From: an uncultured Solirubrobacterales bacterium
Lineage (GTDB): Bacteria > Actinomycetota > Thermoleophilia > Solirubrobacterales > Solirubrobacteraceae
Direction of reading: 5' to 3'
Length of the DNA: 64,000 bases
Assembly: GCA_963737535.1 (NCBI GenBank)
Contig: CAVTTU010000033.1
Coordinates: forward strand, 44,521-108,520
This document shows, piece after piece, positions 35,168 to 45,646 of the stretch (position 1 is the first letter of the stretch; every line of letters begins with the position of its first letter). A program made the position numbers and the translations under genes. The notes beneath the pieces were generated by a model, which was not told the DNA's origin, did no database searches, and saw nothing but the letters and a program-made list of their open reading frames with translations.

Positions 35168-35595
35168 GCGTTACCGAGCAGGTTCGGGCCGATATGACCG
35201 CCGCGATGAAGGCCGGCGAGAAGCAGCGCGTGATCGCGCTGCGCCTCGTGCTGTCCGAATTGCAGAAGGCGAGCAAGGAGGGCTCCGACGACGAGCTCGC
35301 TGTGCTTCGACGGGAGCGCAAGCGCCGGCTCGAGGCCGCGTTGCAATTCCGCGACGGCGGCCGTCCAGAGCTGGCCGACCAGGAGGAGAGCGAGGCGACG
35401 ACCATCGAGTCCTATCTGCCGGCCGAGCTTGACGACTCCGAGCTCGACGCCCTGATCGCCACGGCGATCGAGCAGACCGGTGCCAGCAGCCCACGCGATA
35501 TGGGCCAGGTGATGAAAGCCGTGATGGCCAGCTCAGGCGGTCGTGCCGACGGGACGCGGGCCTCCGCTCGCGTCCGCGAGGCGTTGAGTGCGTAA
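35164..35595 (+). CDS. GatB/YqeY domain protein
   Basis: DMTAAMKAG, GGRPELA..E..E...I..YLP and DMGQVM motifs. Confidence 0.9.
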   Translation: MSVTEQVRADMTAAMKAGEKQRVIALRLVLSELQKASKEGSDDELAVLRRERKRRLEAALQFRDGGRPELADQEESEATTIESYLPAELDDSELDALIATAIEQTGASSPRDMGQVMKAVMASSGGRADGTRASARVREALSA

Positions 35596-36562
35596 GCAGA
35601 TCGAGCTCGAGAATACTGTCGCCGCCGAACTCGCGGGAAGCAAGGACGCGGTCCTGAGAACGCTGGAAGGTCACCTCGACTGCGACGTCTATCTGCGCGG
35701 CAACGTGCTCACCCTGGAGGGCGACGCCGACGCTGTCGAAGCGGCAACGGCGGTCGTGCGCGAGCTGTCCGAGCTGATCGGCCAGGGCCACGAGATCGCC
35801 CCCGGCACGATCGAGGCGGTGACGCGCGCGCTCGATGCGCATGAGTCGCCGGCGCGGATTCTCGAGGACGTGGTGTGGCGCCACCGCACGACGAAGGTGG
35901 CGCCCAAGACGGTCAATCAGAAGCGCTATGTGGACTCGATCCGCCGCAACACGATCACCTTCGGCATCGGCCCGGCCGGGACCGGCAAGACGTTCCTTGC
36001 CGTCGCGCTGGCCGCGGCGGCGCTCAGCCGGCGCGAGGTCAACCGCATCATCCTCACCCGTCCTGCCGTCGAGGCGGGCGAGCGGCTTGGCTTCCTGCCC
36101 GGCGACCTGATGGCCAAGGTCGACCCCTACCTGCGCCCGCTGTTCGACGCCCTGCATGACATGCTCGAGCCCGAGCGGGTCTCCCAGCACCTTGAGCGTG
36201 GGGTGATCGAGGTGGCGCCGCTGGCCTTCATGCGCGGGCGGACACTCAACGACAGCTTCATCATCCTCGACGAGGCTCAGAACACCAGCCCCGAGCAGAT
36301 GAAGATGTTCCTCACCCGCCTGGGCTTCAACTCCAAGGTGGTGGTCACCGGCGACATAACGCAGATCGACCTCCCTCGCGAGCAGGATTCGGGGCTCGTG
36401 GTCGTGTCGGAGATCCTCAGCGACGTAGAGGGGATCGAATTCGTCCGCTTCGGCGAGGAGGACGTCGTCCGACACAAGCTCGTGCGGCGTATCGTCGCCG
36501 CCTACAGCGAGCATTCGCAGCGTCTGGCTCCGGGGCTGCACGCAGCCCGCCCGCGGCCGTAG
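35588..36562 (+). CDS. phoH: PhoH-like ATPase
   Basis: [29 protein letters not shown] and LDEAQN motifs. Confidence 0.95.
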   Translation: MRKQIELENTVAAELAGSKDAVLRTLEGHLDCDVYLRGNVLTLEGDADAVEAATAVVRELSELIGQGHEIAPGTIEAVTRALDAHESPARILEDVVWRHRTTKVAPKTVNQKRYVDSIRRNTITFGIGPAGTGKTFLAVALAAAALSRREVNRIILTRPAVEAGERLGFLPGDLMAKVDPYLRPLFDALHDMLEPERVSQHLERGVIEVAPLAFMRGRTLNDSFIILDEAQNTSPEQMKMFLTRLGFNSKVVVTGDITQIDLPREQDSGLVVVSEILSDVEGIEFVRFGEEDVVRHKLVRRIVAAYSEHSQRLAPGLHAARPRP

Positions 36563-36570
36563 TCGGCGTC

Positions 36571-36967
36571 TTGCTTCGAGATCGAGGTAATCGGAGTCGA
36601 GGCCGTCGGCGTAGAGGGGCCGACGAGCGTCGAAGTCGAGGAGCTGTGTGCCCTGGCGCTCGCCTCGGGCGGGATCGCCGAGGGTCACGTGGCCATCGAG
36701 TTCGTAGACGAGGAGCGGATGCGCGACCTCAATCTGCGCTTCCGCGGAATCGACGCGCCCACCGACGTGCTGTCGTTCGGCGTCGACGAGGACGGTGCGG
36801 CGGCTGGGCCCCGGGAGCTGGGCGACATCGTCATCTGTCCCGCCCGCAGCGCCGACCTGCGCGAGGCGGTCCTGCATGGATCGCTCCATCTGACGGGGAT
36901 GGATCACGAGACCGACGGCGGTGAGATGCTCGCCCTTCAGGCGGAGCTGATGCGCTGGGTGCGGTAA
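36571..36967 (+). CDS. ybeY: rRNA maturation endoribonuclease YbeY; probable 1-nt insertion right after the TTG start
   Basis: PTDVLSF, LGDIVIC and [11 protein letters not shown] motifs; located between phoH and era. Confidence 0.88.
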
Positions 36968-36971
36968 GGAG

Positions 36972-37868
36972 ATGAGTCCCCCGGTCGACACGCGTTCGGG
37001 CTTCATCGCGCTCGCCGGGCGACCCAACGTCGGGAAGTCGACGCTGGCCAACGCGATCGTCGGTGCCAAGGTGGCGATCGTGTCCGACAAGCCACAGACC
37101 ACGCGCCGCGCGATTCGCGGCGTGGCCAGCGGCGCCGACTGGCAGCTGGTTCTCGTGGACCTACCGGGCGTACAGCGTCCCCGTGACGCGTTGACCGAGC
37201 GAATGCAGCGACGCGTCGAGAGCGAGCTGGCCGATGCCGACGGGTGCCTCCTGGTCGTCAACGCCGAGCAGGGCATTGGCCCGGGCGACCGGTTCATCGC
37301 CGGACTCGTGCGGCCCGCATCGGTGCCCGTGGTGATCGCGGTCAACAAGGTCGACGGTGCCGATCAGGCGAGGATCGCCGCCACGCTGCACGATGCCGAG
37401 GAGCTCGATGTGGCGGACGAGATCTTCCCCGTGTCGGCGCGGACCGGCTCCGGAGTGGCTGAGCTGATCGATCAGCTCATCTCGCTGCTGCCCGCCGGTC
37501 CGTTCTATTTCGGCCCTGACCAGCGCTCGGACCAGTCCGAATCGGTGCTGCTGGCCGAGTTGATCCGCGAGCAGGTGCTGGCGCGCACGCGCGAGGAGGT
37601 ACCCCACGCGGTAGAGGTCGAGGTCGAGGCGACCGAGCAGGTGCGAGACGACCTGATCCGCGTCGAGGCGGTCGTGCTGGTCGAGACCGACTCGCAGAAG
37701 GGGATCCTGATCGGCGCCCGCGGCCGCATGATCAAAGACATCGGGATCGGCGCCCGCCACGCGATCGAGCGCGAGCTGGGTACCCATGTCCATCTCGAGT
37801 TATCGGTGCGCGTGCGGCGTCACTGGCGCGGCGACGAACGGCTGCTGGACCGGCTCGGGATCGAGTAG
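36972..37868 (+). CDS. era: GTPase Era
   Basis: GRPNVGKSTL, KPQTTR, NKVD, EEVPH and KH motif GILIG.RG. Confidence 0.96.
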   Translation: MSPPVDTRSGFIALAGRPNVGKSTLANAIVGAKVAIVSDKPQTTRRAIRGVASGADWQLVLVDLPGVQRPRDALTERMQRRVESELADADGCLLVVNAEQGIGPGDRFIAGLVRPASVPVVIAVNKVDGADQARIAATLHDAEELDVADEIFPVSARTGSGVAELIDQLISLLPAGPFYFGPDQRSDQSESVLLAELIREQVLARTREEVPHAVEVEVEATEQVRDDLIRVEAVVLVETDSQKGILIGARGRMIKDIGIGARHAIERELGTHVHLELSVRVRRHWRGDERLLDRLGIE

Positions 37869-37888
37869 CCGCGTCCGCCTGGACCCGA

Positions 37889-38914
37889 TCAGTCCCACCA
37901 GGCGCCGAGGACCCGGCGCCAGTTGCCCCATGCCATCGCGGCCAGTTCGTCTTCGGTGAAGCCGGTCTCGCGGAGCGCCTGCACGACCCGTGGCATGCCG
38001 GCGGCGTCGCCAACCTCAGCCGGAATCGTCGCCCCGTCGAAGTCCGATCCCAGGGCCACGTGCTCGACGCCGATGCGGTCGGCGACGTAGCGGGCGTGTT
38101 CGGCGATCAGGCGCAGCGGCGTGTCAGGGTCGTCGGCGAAGTCGGGGCGCAGGAACGGGCAGGCGAACACGATGCCCACCAGTCCGTGCGAGGATCCGAT
38201 TGCGTCGAGCTGGGCATCGGTCAGGTTGCGCGAGGCCTGGCACAGCGCGTGCGCCGCCGCATGGCTGGCCACGAGCGGCCCGGGCTCGAGCCGGGCCACG
38301 TCCCAGAAGCCCGCCTCGTTGAGGTGGGCCAGGTCGACGAGGATCCCCAGCTCGGCGCAGCGGCGAACCAGCGCGCGGCCGGCGTCGCTCAGGCCGGGTC
38401 CGACGTCGGGCGATGAGGGGAAGATGAACGGCACGCCGTGGGCAAACGCGTTGGCGCGACTCCACACCGGTCCGACCGAGCGCAGCCCCGCCGCGTACCA
38501 CACCTCGAGCGACTCGAGCCGTGGGTCGATCGCCTCCACGCCCTCGAGATGGAGGACGCCGGCGGGCGGCCCGTCACCGTCATGGGCGAGATCGAGGTCG
38601 CGTGGGCTGCGGGCGACGCGGATGTGTCCCTGGCGCTCGAGCGCGAGCAGGCGCCCCGCGGCCGCGGTGGCGTCCGCGCTGGCGTAGGCCTGCGAGATCG
38701 GCGGCGCGTACTCGAACTCGCGTATCCCGTCGTCGCGTGGCACGGGGTCCGGATTCTCGTCGGGAGATGGCGTGAAGACCGCGAAGATCGCGCCCCGGAT
38801 GCCGCCGGCTCGCATCCGCGGCAGGTCGAGATGGCCGTCGTCCCGGCCCTCGGCCAGGGCGGCATGATCGGGGCTCGTCAGAGCATCGTTGTGGCCGTCG
38901 AATACCGGGAGCAT
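37889..38914 (-). CDS. Membrane-type dipeptidase (peptidase M19)
   Basis: VFDGHND, DLPRM, HLEG, VDLAH, ASH, RNLTD and GSDFDG motifs. Confidence 0.9.
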   Translation of the reverse strand: MLPVFDGHNDALTSPDHAALAEGRDDGHLDLPRMRAGGIRGAIFAVFTPSPDENPDPVPRDDGIREFEYAPPISQAYASADATAAAGRLLALERQGHIRVARSPRDLDLAHDGDGPPAGVLHLEGVEAIDPRLESLEVWYAAGLRSVGPVWSRANAFAHGVPFIFPSSPDVGPGLSDAGRALVRRCAELGILVDLAHLNEAGFWDVARLEPGPLVASHAAAHALCQASRNLTDAQLDAIGSSHGLVGIVFACPFLRPDFADDPDTPLRLIAEHARYVADRIGVEHVALGSDFDGATIPAEVGDAAGMPRVVQALRETGFTEDELAAMAWGNWRRVLGAWWD

Positions 38915-38975
38915 TCCGGCACCGTAGCGTGCGGGCTCCGAGAGCCGGTCGGGGCTCCCTAGAATCGACGCCCCC

Positions 38976-39581
38976 GTGGAGGACTCAGAAATCGAATTCG
39001 ACGAGCACGGACTGGTCCCGTGCATCGCGCAGGACTGGCGGACCGGCGAGGTGCTCACGCTGGCCTATATGAATGCGCAGTCGCTCCGCCTCACGCGCGA
39101 CAGTGGGGAGATGCACTACTTCAGCCGCTCGCGCCAGGAGCTGTGGCACAAGGGGGCGACGTCCGGGAACACCCAGGCGCTGAGGGAGATCCGCTACGAC
39201 TGCGACGCCGACGCGTTGCTGGCGCTGGTCGAGCCGAGCGGACCGGCCTGCCACACCGGCGAGCGCACGTGCTTTCACCGCGGCACGCTCGAGCCGCTCG
39301 CCCCCCACGAGGTCCTGCCGACGCTGGAGCGGACGATCGCGGAGCGAGCCGCCGAGCGCCCCGAGGGCTCCTACACGGCGGCTCTGCTCGCCGACCCCGG
39401 GGTGATCGGCGCGAAGGTCCGCGAGGAGGCCGAGGAGGTCACGCGCGCGGCCCGCGAGGAGTCCGACGAGCGGGTCAGCGAGGAGGCCGCGGACGTGATC
39501 TATCACCTCGCGGTCCTGCTGCGCAGCCGGGGCCTGTCGCTGACCGACGCCGAGCGGGTGCTCGATGGCCGTCGCCGCTGA
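38976..39581 (+). CDS. hisIE: Bifunctional PR-AMP cyclohydrolase / PR-ATP pyrophosphatase
   Basis: [38 protein letters not shown] and KVREEA motifs. Confidence 0.95.
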   Translation: MEDSEIEFDEHGLVPCIAQDWRTGEVLTLAYMNAQSLRLTRDSGEMHYFSRSRQELWHKGATSGNTQALREIRYDCDADALLALVEPSGPACHTGERTCFHRGTLEPLAPHEVLPTLERTIAERAAERPEGSYTAALLADPGVIGAKVREEAEEVTRAAREESDERVSEEAADVIYHLAVLLRSRGLSLTDAERVLDGRRR

Positions 39582-41034
39582 CAGCACGGCCGCCGGCGCG
39601 ACGCCGTCGCTCGAGGAGGTGCGCTCGCTGGCGCGGACGCACAACCTGATTCCGGTCCGCGAGACGTTCATCGACGACTGCCAGACCCCTGTGTCGGCGT
39701 TCCTTAAGCTGCGCGACAACGGACCGGCGTTTCTGCTCGAGTCGGCTGACCAGGGCCGGGTCGGGCGCTACTCGTTCATCGGCTTCCGTCCCCGGCACGT
39801 GCTGCGCTGGTCGCTCGGCGACCCCGGTGACCCGTATGCGCTGGCCCAGGCCGAGCTGAGCCGGTTCAGCCCGGCGCCGCTGCCCGATCTACCTCCGTTC
39901 GCCGGGGGCGCCGTCGGCATGTTCGCCTACGACCTCGTCCGCACGGTCGAGCCGCTCGGCGAGCCCAACCCGGACGAGCTCGGCATTCCCGACCTCGCCC
40001 TGATGCTGACCGACACGCTCGTCGTGTTCGATCACCTCAAGCACACGGTCACCGTGTTGGTCAACGTGTACGCCGAAGACGACCTCGAGGCCTCGTACGC
40101 GCGTGCGGTTCAGACGATCGCCGAGGTGCGTTGGCGTCTGGCCGGCCCGGTGCCCCGTCCGGTGCGGCCGCCGGCGGCCGACCGCGCCGTGCCCGAGTTC
40201 ACCCCGAACATGTCGCGCGAGCAGTTCGAGGCCATGGTCAGCCGGATCGTCGAGTACATCTTCGCCGGCGACGCCTACCAGGTCGTCCCCTCGCAGCGGT
40301 GGTCGGCACCCGTCCCGGTGGAGGGGTTCTCGATCTATCGCGGTCTGCGGGCCGTCAATCCGAGCCCGTACATGTACTTCCTCGACTTCGGTGACTTCGA
40401 GCTCGCCGGCGCCAGCCCCGAGCCGCTGATCACGGTCTCGGGCCGGCACGTCTCCACCCGGCCGATCGCCGGTACCCGGCCGCGCGGCGCCAACGTCGAG
40501 GAGGACCTGCGGATGGCCGAGGAGCTACTGGCCGACCCGAAGGAGCGCGCCGAGCACGTGATGCTGGTCGACCTGGGCCGCAACGACCTCGGGCGGGTCT
40601 GCGAGTACCGCAGCGTCGAGGTCGAGGAGTTCATGGCCGTGGAGAACTACAGCCACGTGATGCACATCGTTTCTTCGGTGATCGGTCGCCTGCGTCCGGA
40701 CGTCCGAGCCCTCGATGCGCTGCGTTCGGTGCTGCCGGCGGGCACGCTGTCGGGCGCGCCCAAGGTCCGCGCGATGCAGATCATCGACGAGCTCGAGCCG
40801 GTCAAGCGGGGCGGGTACGGCGGCGCCATCGGCTGGGCCAGCTACACGGGCGATCTTGACACGTGCATCCACATCCGCACCGTGGTCGTCAAGGACGGCG
40901 TGGCCCATGTCCAGGCCGGCGGCGGCACGGTCGCCGACGCCAAGCCCGACTACGAGTACCGCGAGTCTGTGGCCAAGGCGCGCGCCGTGCGGCAGGCGGT
41001 CGAGCTGGCCGTCAAGCAACCCGAATGGCCATGA
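39565..41034 (+). CDS. trpE: Anthranilate synthase component I
   Basis: [38 protein letters not shown] and GTLSGAPK motifs. Confidence 0.93.
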   Translation: MAVAADSTAAGATPSLEEVRSLARTHNLIPVRETFIDDCQTPVSAFLKLRDNGPAFLLESADQGRVGRYSFIGFRPRHVLRWSLGDPGDPYALAQAELSRFSPAPLPDLPPFAGGAVGMFAYDLVRTVEPLGEPNPDELGIPDLALMLTDTLVVFDHLKHTVTVLVNVYAEDDLEASYARAVQTIAEVRWRLAGPVPRPVRPPAADRAVPEFTPNMSREQFEAMVSRIVEYIFAGDAYQVVPSQRWSAPVPVEGFSIYRGLRAVNPSPYMYFLDFGDFELAGASPEPLITVSGRHVSTRPIAGTRPRGANVEEDLRMAEELLADPKERAEHVMLVDLGRNDLGRVCEYRSVEVEEFMAVENYSHVMHIVSSVIGRLRPDVRALDALRSVLPAGTLSGAPKVRAMQIIDELEPVKRGGYGGAIGWASYTGDLDTCIHIRTVVVKDGVAHVQAGGGTVADAKPDYEYRESVAKARAVRQAVELAVKQPEWP

Positions 41035-41597
41035 GACTTCTGGTCCTCGACAACTACGACAGCTTCACCTACAACCTCGTGCAGTACCTCGGCGAGCTGG
41101 GCGCCGATATCGAGGTGGTCCGCAACGACCACGCCACCGTCGACGAGCTGCTCATCCGCGGCTACGACCGCGTGATCGTCTCTCCCGGCCCGTGCACGCC
41201 CGACCAGGCGGGGATCTCACTCGAGGCGGTCCGCCGCTTTCCGTCGGCCGGCGTTCCCACCCTCGGCGTGTGCCTTGGCCATCAGGCGCTGGTCCAGGCT
41301 TGGGGCGGCAAGGTGATCCAGCATGAGCCGATCCATGGCAAGACGACGAAGATCCAGCACGATGGCAAGACGATCTTCCGCGGCCTCCCGGAGCCGCTCG
41401 AGGTGGGGCGCTATCACTCGCTGGTGGCCGACCCGGCGCTGCCCGATGCGCTCGAGCGCAGCGCCGTGGCCGAGGACGTCGTGATGGCGGTACGCCACCG
41501 CGAGCTACCGGCCGAGGGCGTGCAGTTCCATCCCGAATCGGTGTTGACCGAGCAGGGCCGCGAGCTGCTGGGAAACTTCCTGGAGCGAACGAGATGA
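41031..41597 (+). CDS. trpG: Anthranilate synthase component II (glutamine amidotransferase)
   Basis: DNYDSFTYNL, SPGP, GVCLGHQ, RYHSL and QFHPES motifs. Confidence 0.93.
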   Translation: MRLLVLDNYDSFTYNLVQYLGELGADIEVVRNDHATVDELLIRGYDRVIVSPGPCTPDQAGISLEAVRRFPSAGVPTLGVCLGHQALVQAWGGKVIQHEPIHGKTTKIQHDGKTIFRGLPEPLEVGRYHSLVADPALPDALERSAVAEDVVMAVRHRELPAEGVQFHPESVLTEQGRELLGNFLERTR

Positions 41598-42634
41598 CCA
41601 GCAACGCACCCGAGCTGCTGACGGCGTCGATCGACGCGCTCGCGTCCGGCCGCGACCTCGAGCTCGAGGAGTCGGCCGCGGTGCTGGCCGAGATCATGGC
41701 CGGTAACGCCAGCGAGATCCAGATCGCCGGCTTCCTGATCGCGCTGCGGACCAAGGGCGAGACGGTCGACGAGCTGGCCGGCCTGGCCCAGACGATGCGG
41801 GCGATGGCCGCACACGTGAGCGTCGACAACGACGATCTGCTCGACACGGCCGGGACCGGGGGCGGGCGAAGGACCTTCAACGTGTCGACGACCGCCGCCC
41901 TGATCGCCGCCGGGGCGGGGTGCACGGTGGCCAAGCACGGCAATCGCTCGGCCACCGGGCTGTCGGGCTCGGCCGATGTGCTCGAGGCGCTCGGCGCGCG
42001 CATCGACTTGGACCCGGAAGCCGTCGCGGGGTGCATCGCAGAGGTCGGCTTCGGCTTCATGTTCGCCCCCGCACACCACCAGGCGACCCGGTACGTGATC
42101 CCGGTCCGCCGTGAGCTCGCCGTGCGCACGATCTTCAACTTCCTCGGGCCACTGACCAACCCCGCCGGCGCGACCCGGCAGCTGATCGGCGTGTCCGACC
42201 CCGACTACCTCGAGACGATGGCCGGGGCTCTGTCGCGGTTGGGAACCAAGCACGCGCTCCTGGTCTCGAGCGAGGACGGCATCGATGAGCTCAGCATCTC
42301 GGCGCCGACCCGGGTCGTCGAGGTGCTCGATGGTCAACTGCGCCAGTATCGGGTGACGCCCGAGGAGGTCGGGCTCTCGGTGGCGCCGCCCGATGCGGTG
42401 TCCGGCGGCGACCCCCAGCAAAACGCCGAGATCGTCCACCGCATCTTCGGCGGCGAGCGCGGCACCGAGCGCGATCTGGCCGTGCTCAACGCCGGCGCCG
42501 CGATCTACGCCGGCGGCGGTGCCGACTCGCTCGAGCGCGGCGTTCGCGCGGCCGAGCAGACGATCGACGACGGCGCGGCGGCCGCCGCGCTGGAGCGCTT
42601 CGTCCAGTTCACCCGGCAGCTCGCGCCGGCATGA
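41594..42634 (+). CDS. trpD: Anthranilate phosphoribosyltransferase
   Basis: DTAGTGG, FNVST, KHGNRS and RTIFNFLGPLTNP motifs. Confidence 0.95.
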   Translation: MTSNAPELLTASIDALASGRDLELEESAAVLAEIMAGNASEIQIAGFLIALRTKGETVDELAGLAQTMRAMAAHVSVDNDDLLDTAGTGGGRRTFNVSTTAALIAAGAGCTVAKHGNRSATGLSGSADVLEALGARIDLDPEAVAGCIAEVGFGFMFAPAHHQATRYVIPVRRELAVRTIFNFLGPLTNPAGATRQLIGVSDPDYLETMAGALSRLGTKHALLVSSEDGIDELSISAPTRVVEVLDGQLRQYRVTPEEVGLSVAPPDAVSGGDPQQNAEIVHRIFGGERGTERDLAVLNAGAAIYAGGGADSLERGVRAAEQTIDDGAAAAALERFVQFTRQLAPA

Positions 42635-43419
42635 ACCGGCTGGAGCCGATACTCGCGGCCACCCGAGAGGAGGTGGCGCGCCGCCGCGCGTCAGCGCCGG
42701 TGGCCGAGCTCGAGCGACGTGGCCGGGAGCGCGTGGACGCGGGCGATCTGCGGCCCTTCGCGGACGCGTTGAAGCGCCCCGGAATGTCCGTGATCGCCGA
42801 GCACAAGCGGCGCTCGCCCTCGGCCGGGGTGATCCGCGACGGACTATCGCTCGAGCATGTGGTCGGCTGCTACGAGCGCGCCGGCGCGGCCGCCATCTCC
42901 GTCCTGACCGACGGGCCCAGCTTCGGCGGCTCGCTCGGAGACCTGGCGGCGGCGCGGGCCGCGGTCAGCCTGCCGCTGCTGCGCAAGGACTTCATCGTCG
43001 ATCGCTACCAGGTCCACGAGTCGCTCGCCGCCGGTGCCGATGCGCTGCTGCTGATCGTCGCGGCTCTCCCCGAGCACGAGCTCGCCGAGCTGCACGACCT
43101 GGCCCGCGAGCTCGGACTCGCCGTGTTGGTCGAGGTCCACAACCGACTCGAGCTCGAGATCGCCCTCCAGATCGGGGCCGGGATCATCGGGATCAACAAC
43201 CGCGACCTGACCACGCTCGAGGTGGACATCGGACACACCTATCAGCTGCTCCCGATGATCCCGCCGGGGTCGATTGTGGTGGCGGAGTCGGGGTTCGCCC
43301 GCGCCGAGGAGGTCGCCGAGCTGTCGCGGGCCGGTGTTGGCGCCGTCCTGATCGGGGAAGCGCTGATGCGCGCGAAGGACATCGAGGGGACGTGTCGGGA
43401 GCTGATCAGCTCCCTTTAG
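42631..43419 (+). CDS. trpC: Indole-3-glycerol phosphate synthase
   Basis: IAEHKRRSPS, ISVLT, LRKDFI, GINNRDL and AESG motifs. Confidence 0.95.
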   Translation: MNRLEPILAATREEVARRRASAPVAELERRGRERVDAGDLRPFADALKRPGMSVIAEHKRRSPSAGVIRDGLSLEHVVGCYERAGAAAISVLTDGPSFGGSLGDLAAARAAVSLPLLRKDFIVDRYQVHESLAAGADALLLIVAALPEHELAELHDLARELGLAVLVEVHNRLELEIALQIGAGIIGINNRDLTTLEVDIGHTYQLLPMIPPGSIVVAESGFARAEEVAELSRAGVGAVLIGEALMRAKDIEGTCRELISSL

Positions 43420-43456
43420 CTGCAGTTCACTCCAGCGCGAACACTTTGAGGACCGG

Positions 43457-44575
43457 ATGAAAGCGCTGATTCGCTCACCGTTTACGGTCGCGGTGGTGGG
43501 CGGGTTGGTGGTAGCCGTGACCTTCCTGCTTGTCGGTGTGACCGGCCGCCGAAGCACGCGGACGATCGTCGAAGAGGGACCGGTCGGCGCCCCGCCCACC
43601 TCCAGCACCTCGTCGGGGCTGACTCCCCACGACATCTACCTCCGGGACGCCCCCGGGGTCGTGTTCGTCCGGGCTCAGATCATCGAACAGGTGCGGGATC
43701 CCTTCGATCTGTTTCCCCGCCAGGAGAGCAGCACGTCCACCGGTTCGGGCTTCCTGATCAATCGCGCCGGCGACATCCTGACCAACTATCACGTGATCTC
43801 GGGCGCGAACCGGCAGAACGGCGTGACCGTGCAGTTCGAGGATGGCGTGACCCGCCACGCGGTCGTGGTGGGGCAGGGCCCCGACGACGATCTGGCCATG
43901 CTCCGGGTCAACATGACCGGCCTGCCCACCGTCCAGCCGCTGCAGCTCGGCGACTCGAGCACGGTCGGGGTCGGGGATCCAACCCTGGCCATCGGCAATC
44001 CGTTCGGCCTCGACCGCACGCTGACCAGCGGCATCGTCTCGGCGCTCCAGCGCCAGATCGAAGCGCCCAACGGATTCAGCATCTCCAATGTGATCCAGAC
44101 CGACGCGCCGATCAATCCGGGCAACGCGGGCGGGCCGCTTCTCGATGCCACGGGGCAGGTCATCGGCATCAACTCGCAGATCGCCACCGGGGCGGGCGGG
44201 GGCAACGCGAGCGTCGGGATCGCCTTCGCGGTACCGATCAACACCGCCAAGGAGCTCCTGCCCCGGCTCGAGAGCGGTGGCCGCATGAGCGTTGCCTATC
44301 TCGGGATGAGTGGATCCCGGGCCTCGTACCCACGCCACGGCGTGGTCATCCGGCACGTGCAGCCCGGGGGCCCCGCCGCGACCGCCGGCCTCGAGCGCGG
44401 CGATGACATCCAGGCCATCGAGGGGCGCAGCGTGGCCAGCATGGACGCCCTGCAGTCGCAGGTCCAGGTCCATGCGCCCGGCCAGCGAGTTGCCGTGAGG
44501 GTTCTGCGGGCGCGGCGGATGCGCACGGTGGACGTGCAGCTGGGGTCTCAGCCGGCCAAGGCGCCGACGGGTTAG
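43457..44575 (+). CDS. HtrA/DegP (S1C) protease homologue with PDZ; catalytic Ser position reads Ala
   Basis: N-terminal TM; TGSGF, LTNYHV, DLAML, AIGNPFG and IQTDAPINPGNAGGP motifs; PDZ GPAA.AGL..GD. Confidence 0.9.
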   Translation: MKALIRSPFTVAVVGGLVVAVTFLLVGVTGRRSTRTIVEEGPVGAPPTSSTSSGLTPHDIYLRDAPGVVFVRAQIIEQVRDPFDLFPRQESSTSTGSGFLINRAGDILTNYHVISGANRQNGVTVQFEDGVTRHAVVVGQGPDDDLAMLRVNMTGLPTVQPLQLGDSSTVGVGDPTLAIGNPFGLDRTLTSGIVSALQRQIEAPNGFSISNVIQTDAPINPGNAGGPLLDATGQVIGINSQIATGAGGGNASVGIAFAVPINTAKELLPRLESGGRMSVAYLGMSGSRASYPRHGVVIRHVQPGGPAATAGLERGDDIQAIEGRSVASMDALQSQVQVHAPGQRVAVRVLRARRMRTVDVQLGSQPAKAPTG

Positions 44576-44623
44576 ATGGGCGGGTCTGCGCGGTCTGGGC
44601 GGCCACGTTCGGTTCGGCTGCGC

Positions 44624-44957
44624 GCGCTGCGTCGCCCGCGCACCGTTGGCGGATGGCGTTGGAAACGGCTGGGGAAGCGTGTGTGGGGGCTATGCCCGGT
44701 TCCGAACCACGAAAACGTTGCGCAGCGGCTCGGCGGGCCGGCGCTGTGCAACGTTTTCTCGAAATAGCAGCGGTTACGTTGCGTAGCGCGTGAGCAAGAG
44801 ATCGCAAAGCAACGTTTTCGTGGTTTGGACAACCGGCAGCAGGGGCTCACCCACCCCATCCCCGGCCGCCGTTCCCGAAGCCACTCGCCAAACGAGGCGC
44901 AAGCGAACGGAGCCCGACAGCGCCCACCAGCGGCCCGCACGCGACAGCGCAACGTTT
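44624..44957 (+). repeat. Long nested-palindrome intergenic element, copy B
   Basis: 21-bp IR TCCGAACCACGAAAACGTTGC(44701-721)/GCAACGTTTTCGTGGTTTGGA(44809-829); internal hairpins and imperfect outer stems. Confidence 0.8.
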
Positions 44958-44986
44958 CTCTGAGCCCGCGCTCGTACGATGTGTGA

Positions 44987-45646
44987 ATGGCCACCGGCGC
45001 CCCCAAGATCAAGTTCTGCGGCATCACCTCGCTCGACGATGCGCAGAGCGCGGTGGCCGCCGGCGCCTGGGCGATCGGCATGATCTTCTGGCCGGGGTCG
45101 CCTCGGCGCTGCGCGATGGACGATGCGGCGGAGATCGCCGCGGCGCTGAAGCGACGCGTGGAGGTGGTCGGGGTGTTCGTGAACGCGACCCTCGATGAGG
45201 TTGCGCGGCGGGCCGAGACCCTCGACCTGACCATGCTCCAGCTCCACGGGGATGAGGGCCCGGCGTTCTGCGCCGAGGCGGCGCGGCGGACGGGCTGCAA
45301 GGTGATCAAGGCTGTCCGGGTGCGAGGCCGCGCCGACCTGCAGGCGCTGTCGGCGTTCGCCACCGACTTCCATCTGCTCGACAGCTACCTTCCCGGCCGT
45401 CCCGGGGGAACGGGGGAGACGTTCGCGTGGGAGATCGCCGAGGCTCACCGCGGCTCCGTGCCGGTGATCCTCAGCGGGGGCTTGAAGGCGGCCAACGTCG
45501 CCGAGGCCATCACCAGAGTGCAGCCGTTTGCCGTGGACGTGGCCAGCGGCGTCGAGCTCAGTCCCGGCGTCAAGGATCCCGACAAGCTCGAGGCGTTTGC
45601 GGCCGCCGTGCGCTCGACCGCCCCTCCACGCCTGAGCGTGGCATGA
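44987..45646 (+). CDS. trpF: Phosphoribosylanthranilate isomerase
   Basis: IKFCGIT, VGVFVN, QLHGDE, GGTG.TF.W, LSGGL and DVASGVE motifs. Confidence 0.95.
   Translation: MATGAPKIKFCGITSLDDAQSAVAAGAWAIGMIFWPGSPRRCAMDDAAEIAAALKRRVEVVGVFVNATLDEVARRAETLDLTMLQLHGDEGPAFCAEAARRTGCKVIKAVRVRGRADLQALSAFATDFHLLDSYLPGRPGGTGETFAWEIAEAHRGSVPVILSGGLKAANVAEAITRVQPFAVDVASGVELSPGVKDPDKLEAFAAAVRSTAPPRLSVA

Noticed and set aside
35171-37348. Long antisense and alternate-frame ORFs (e.g. 725 aa here, 647 aa at 17282)
   Set aside because: Shadow ORFs expected in high-GC DNA, overlapping well-supported genes, with Arg/Pro/Ala-rich composition.
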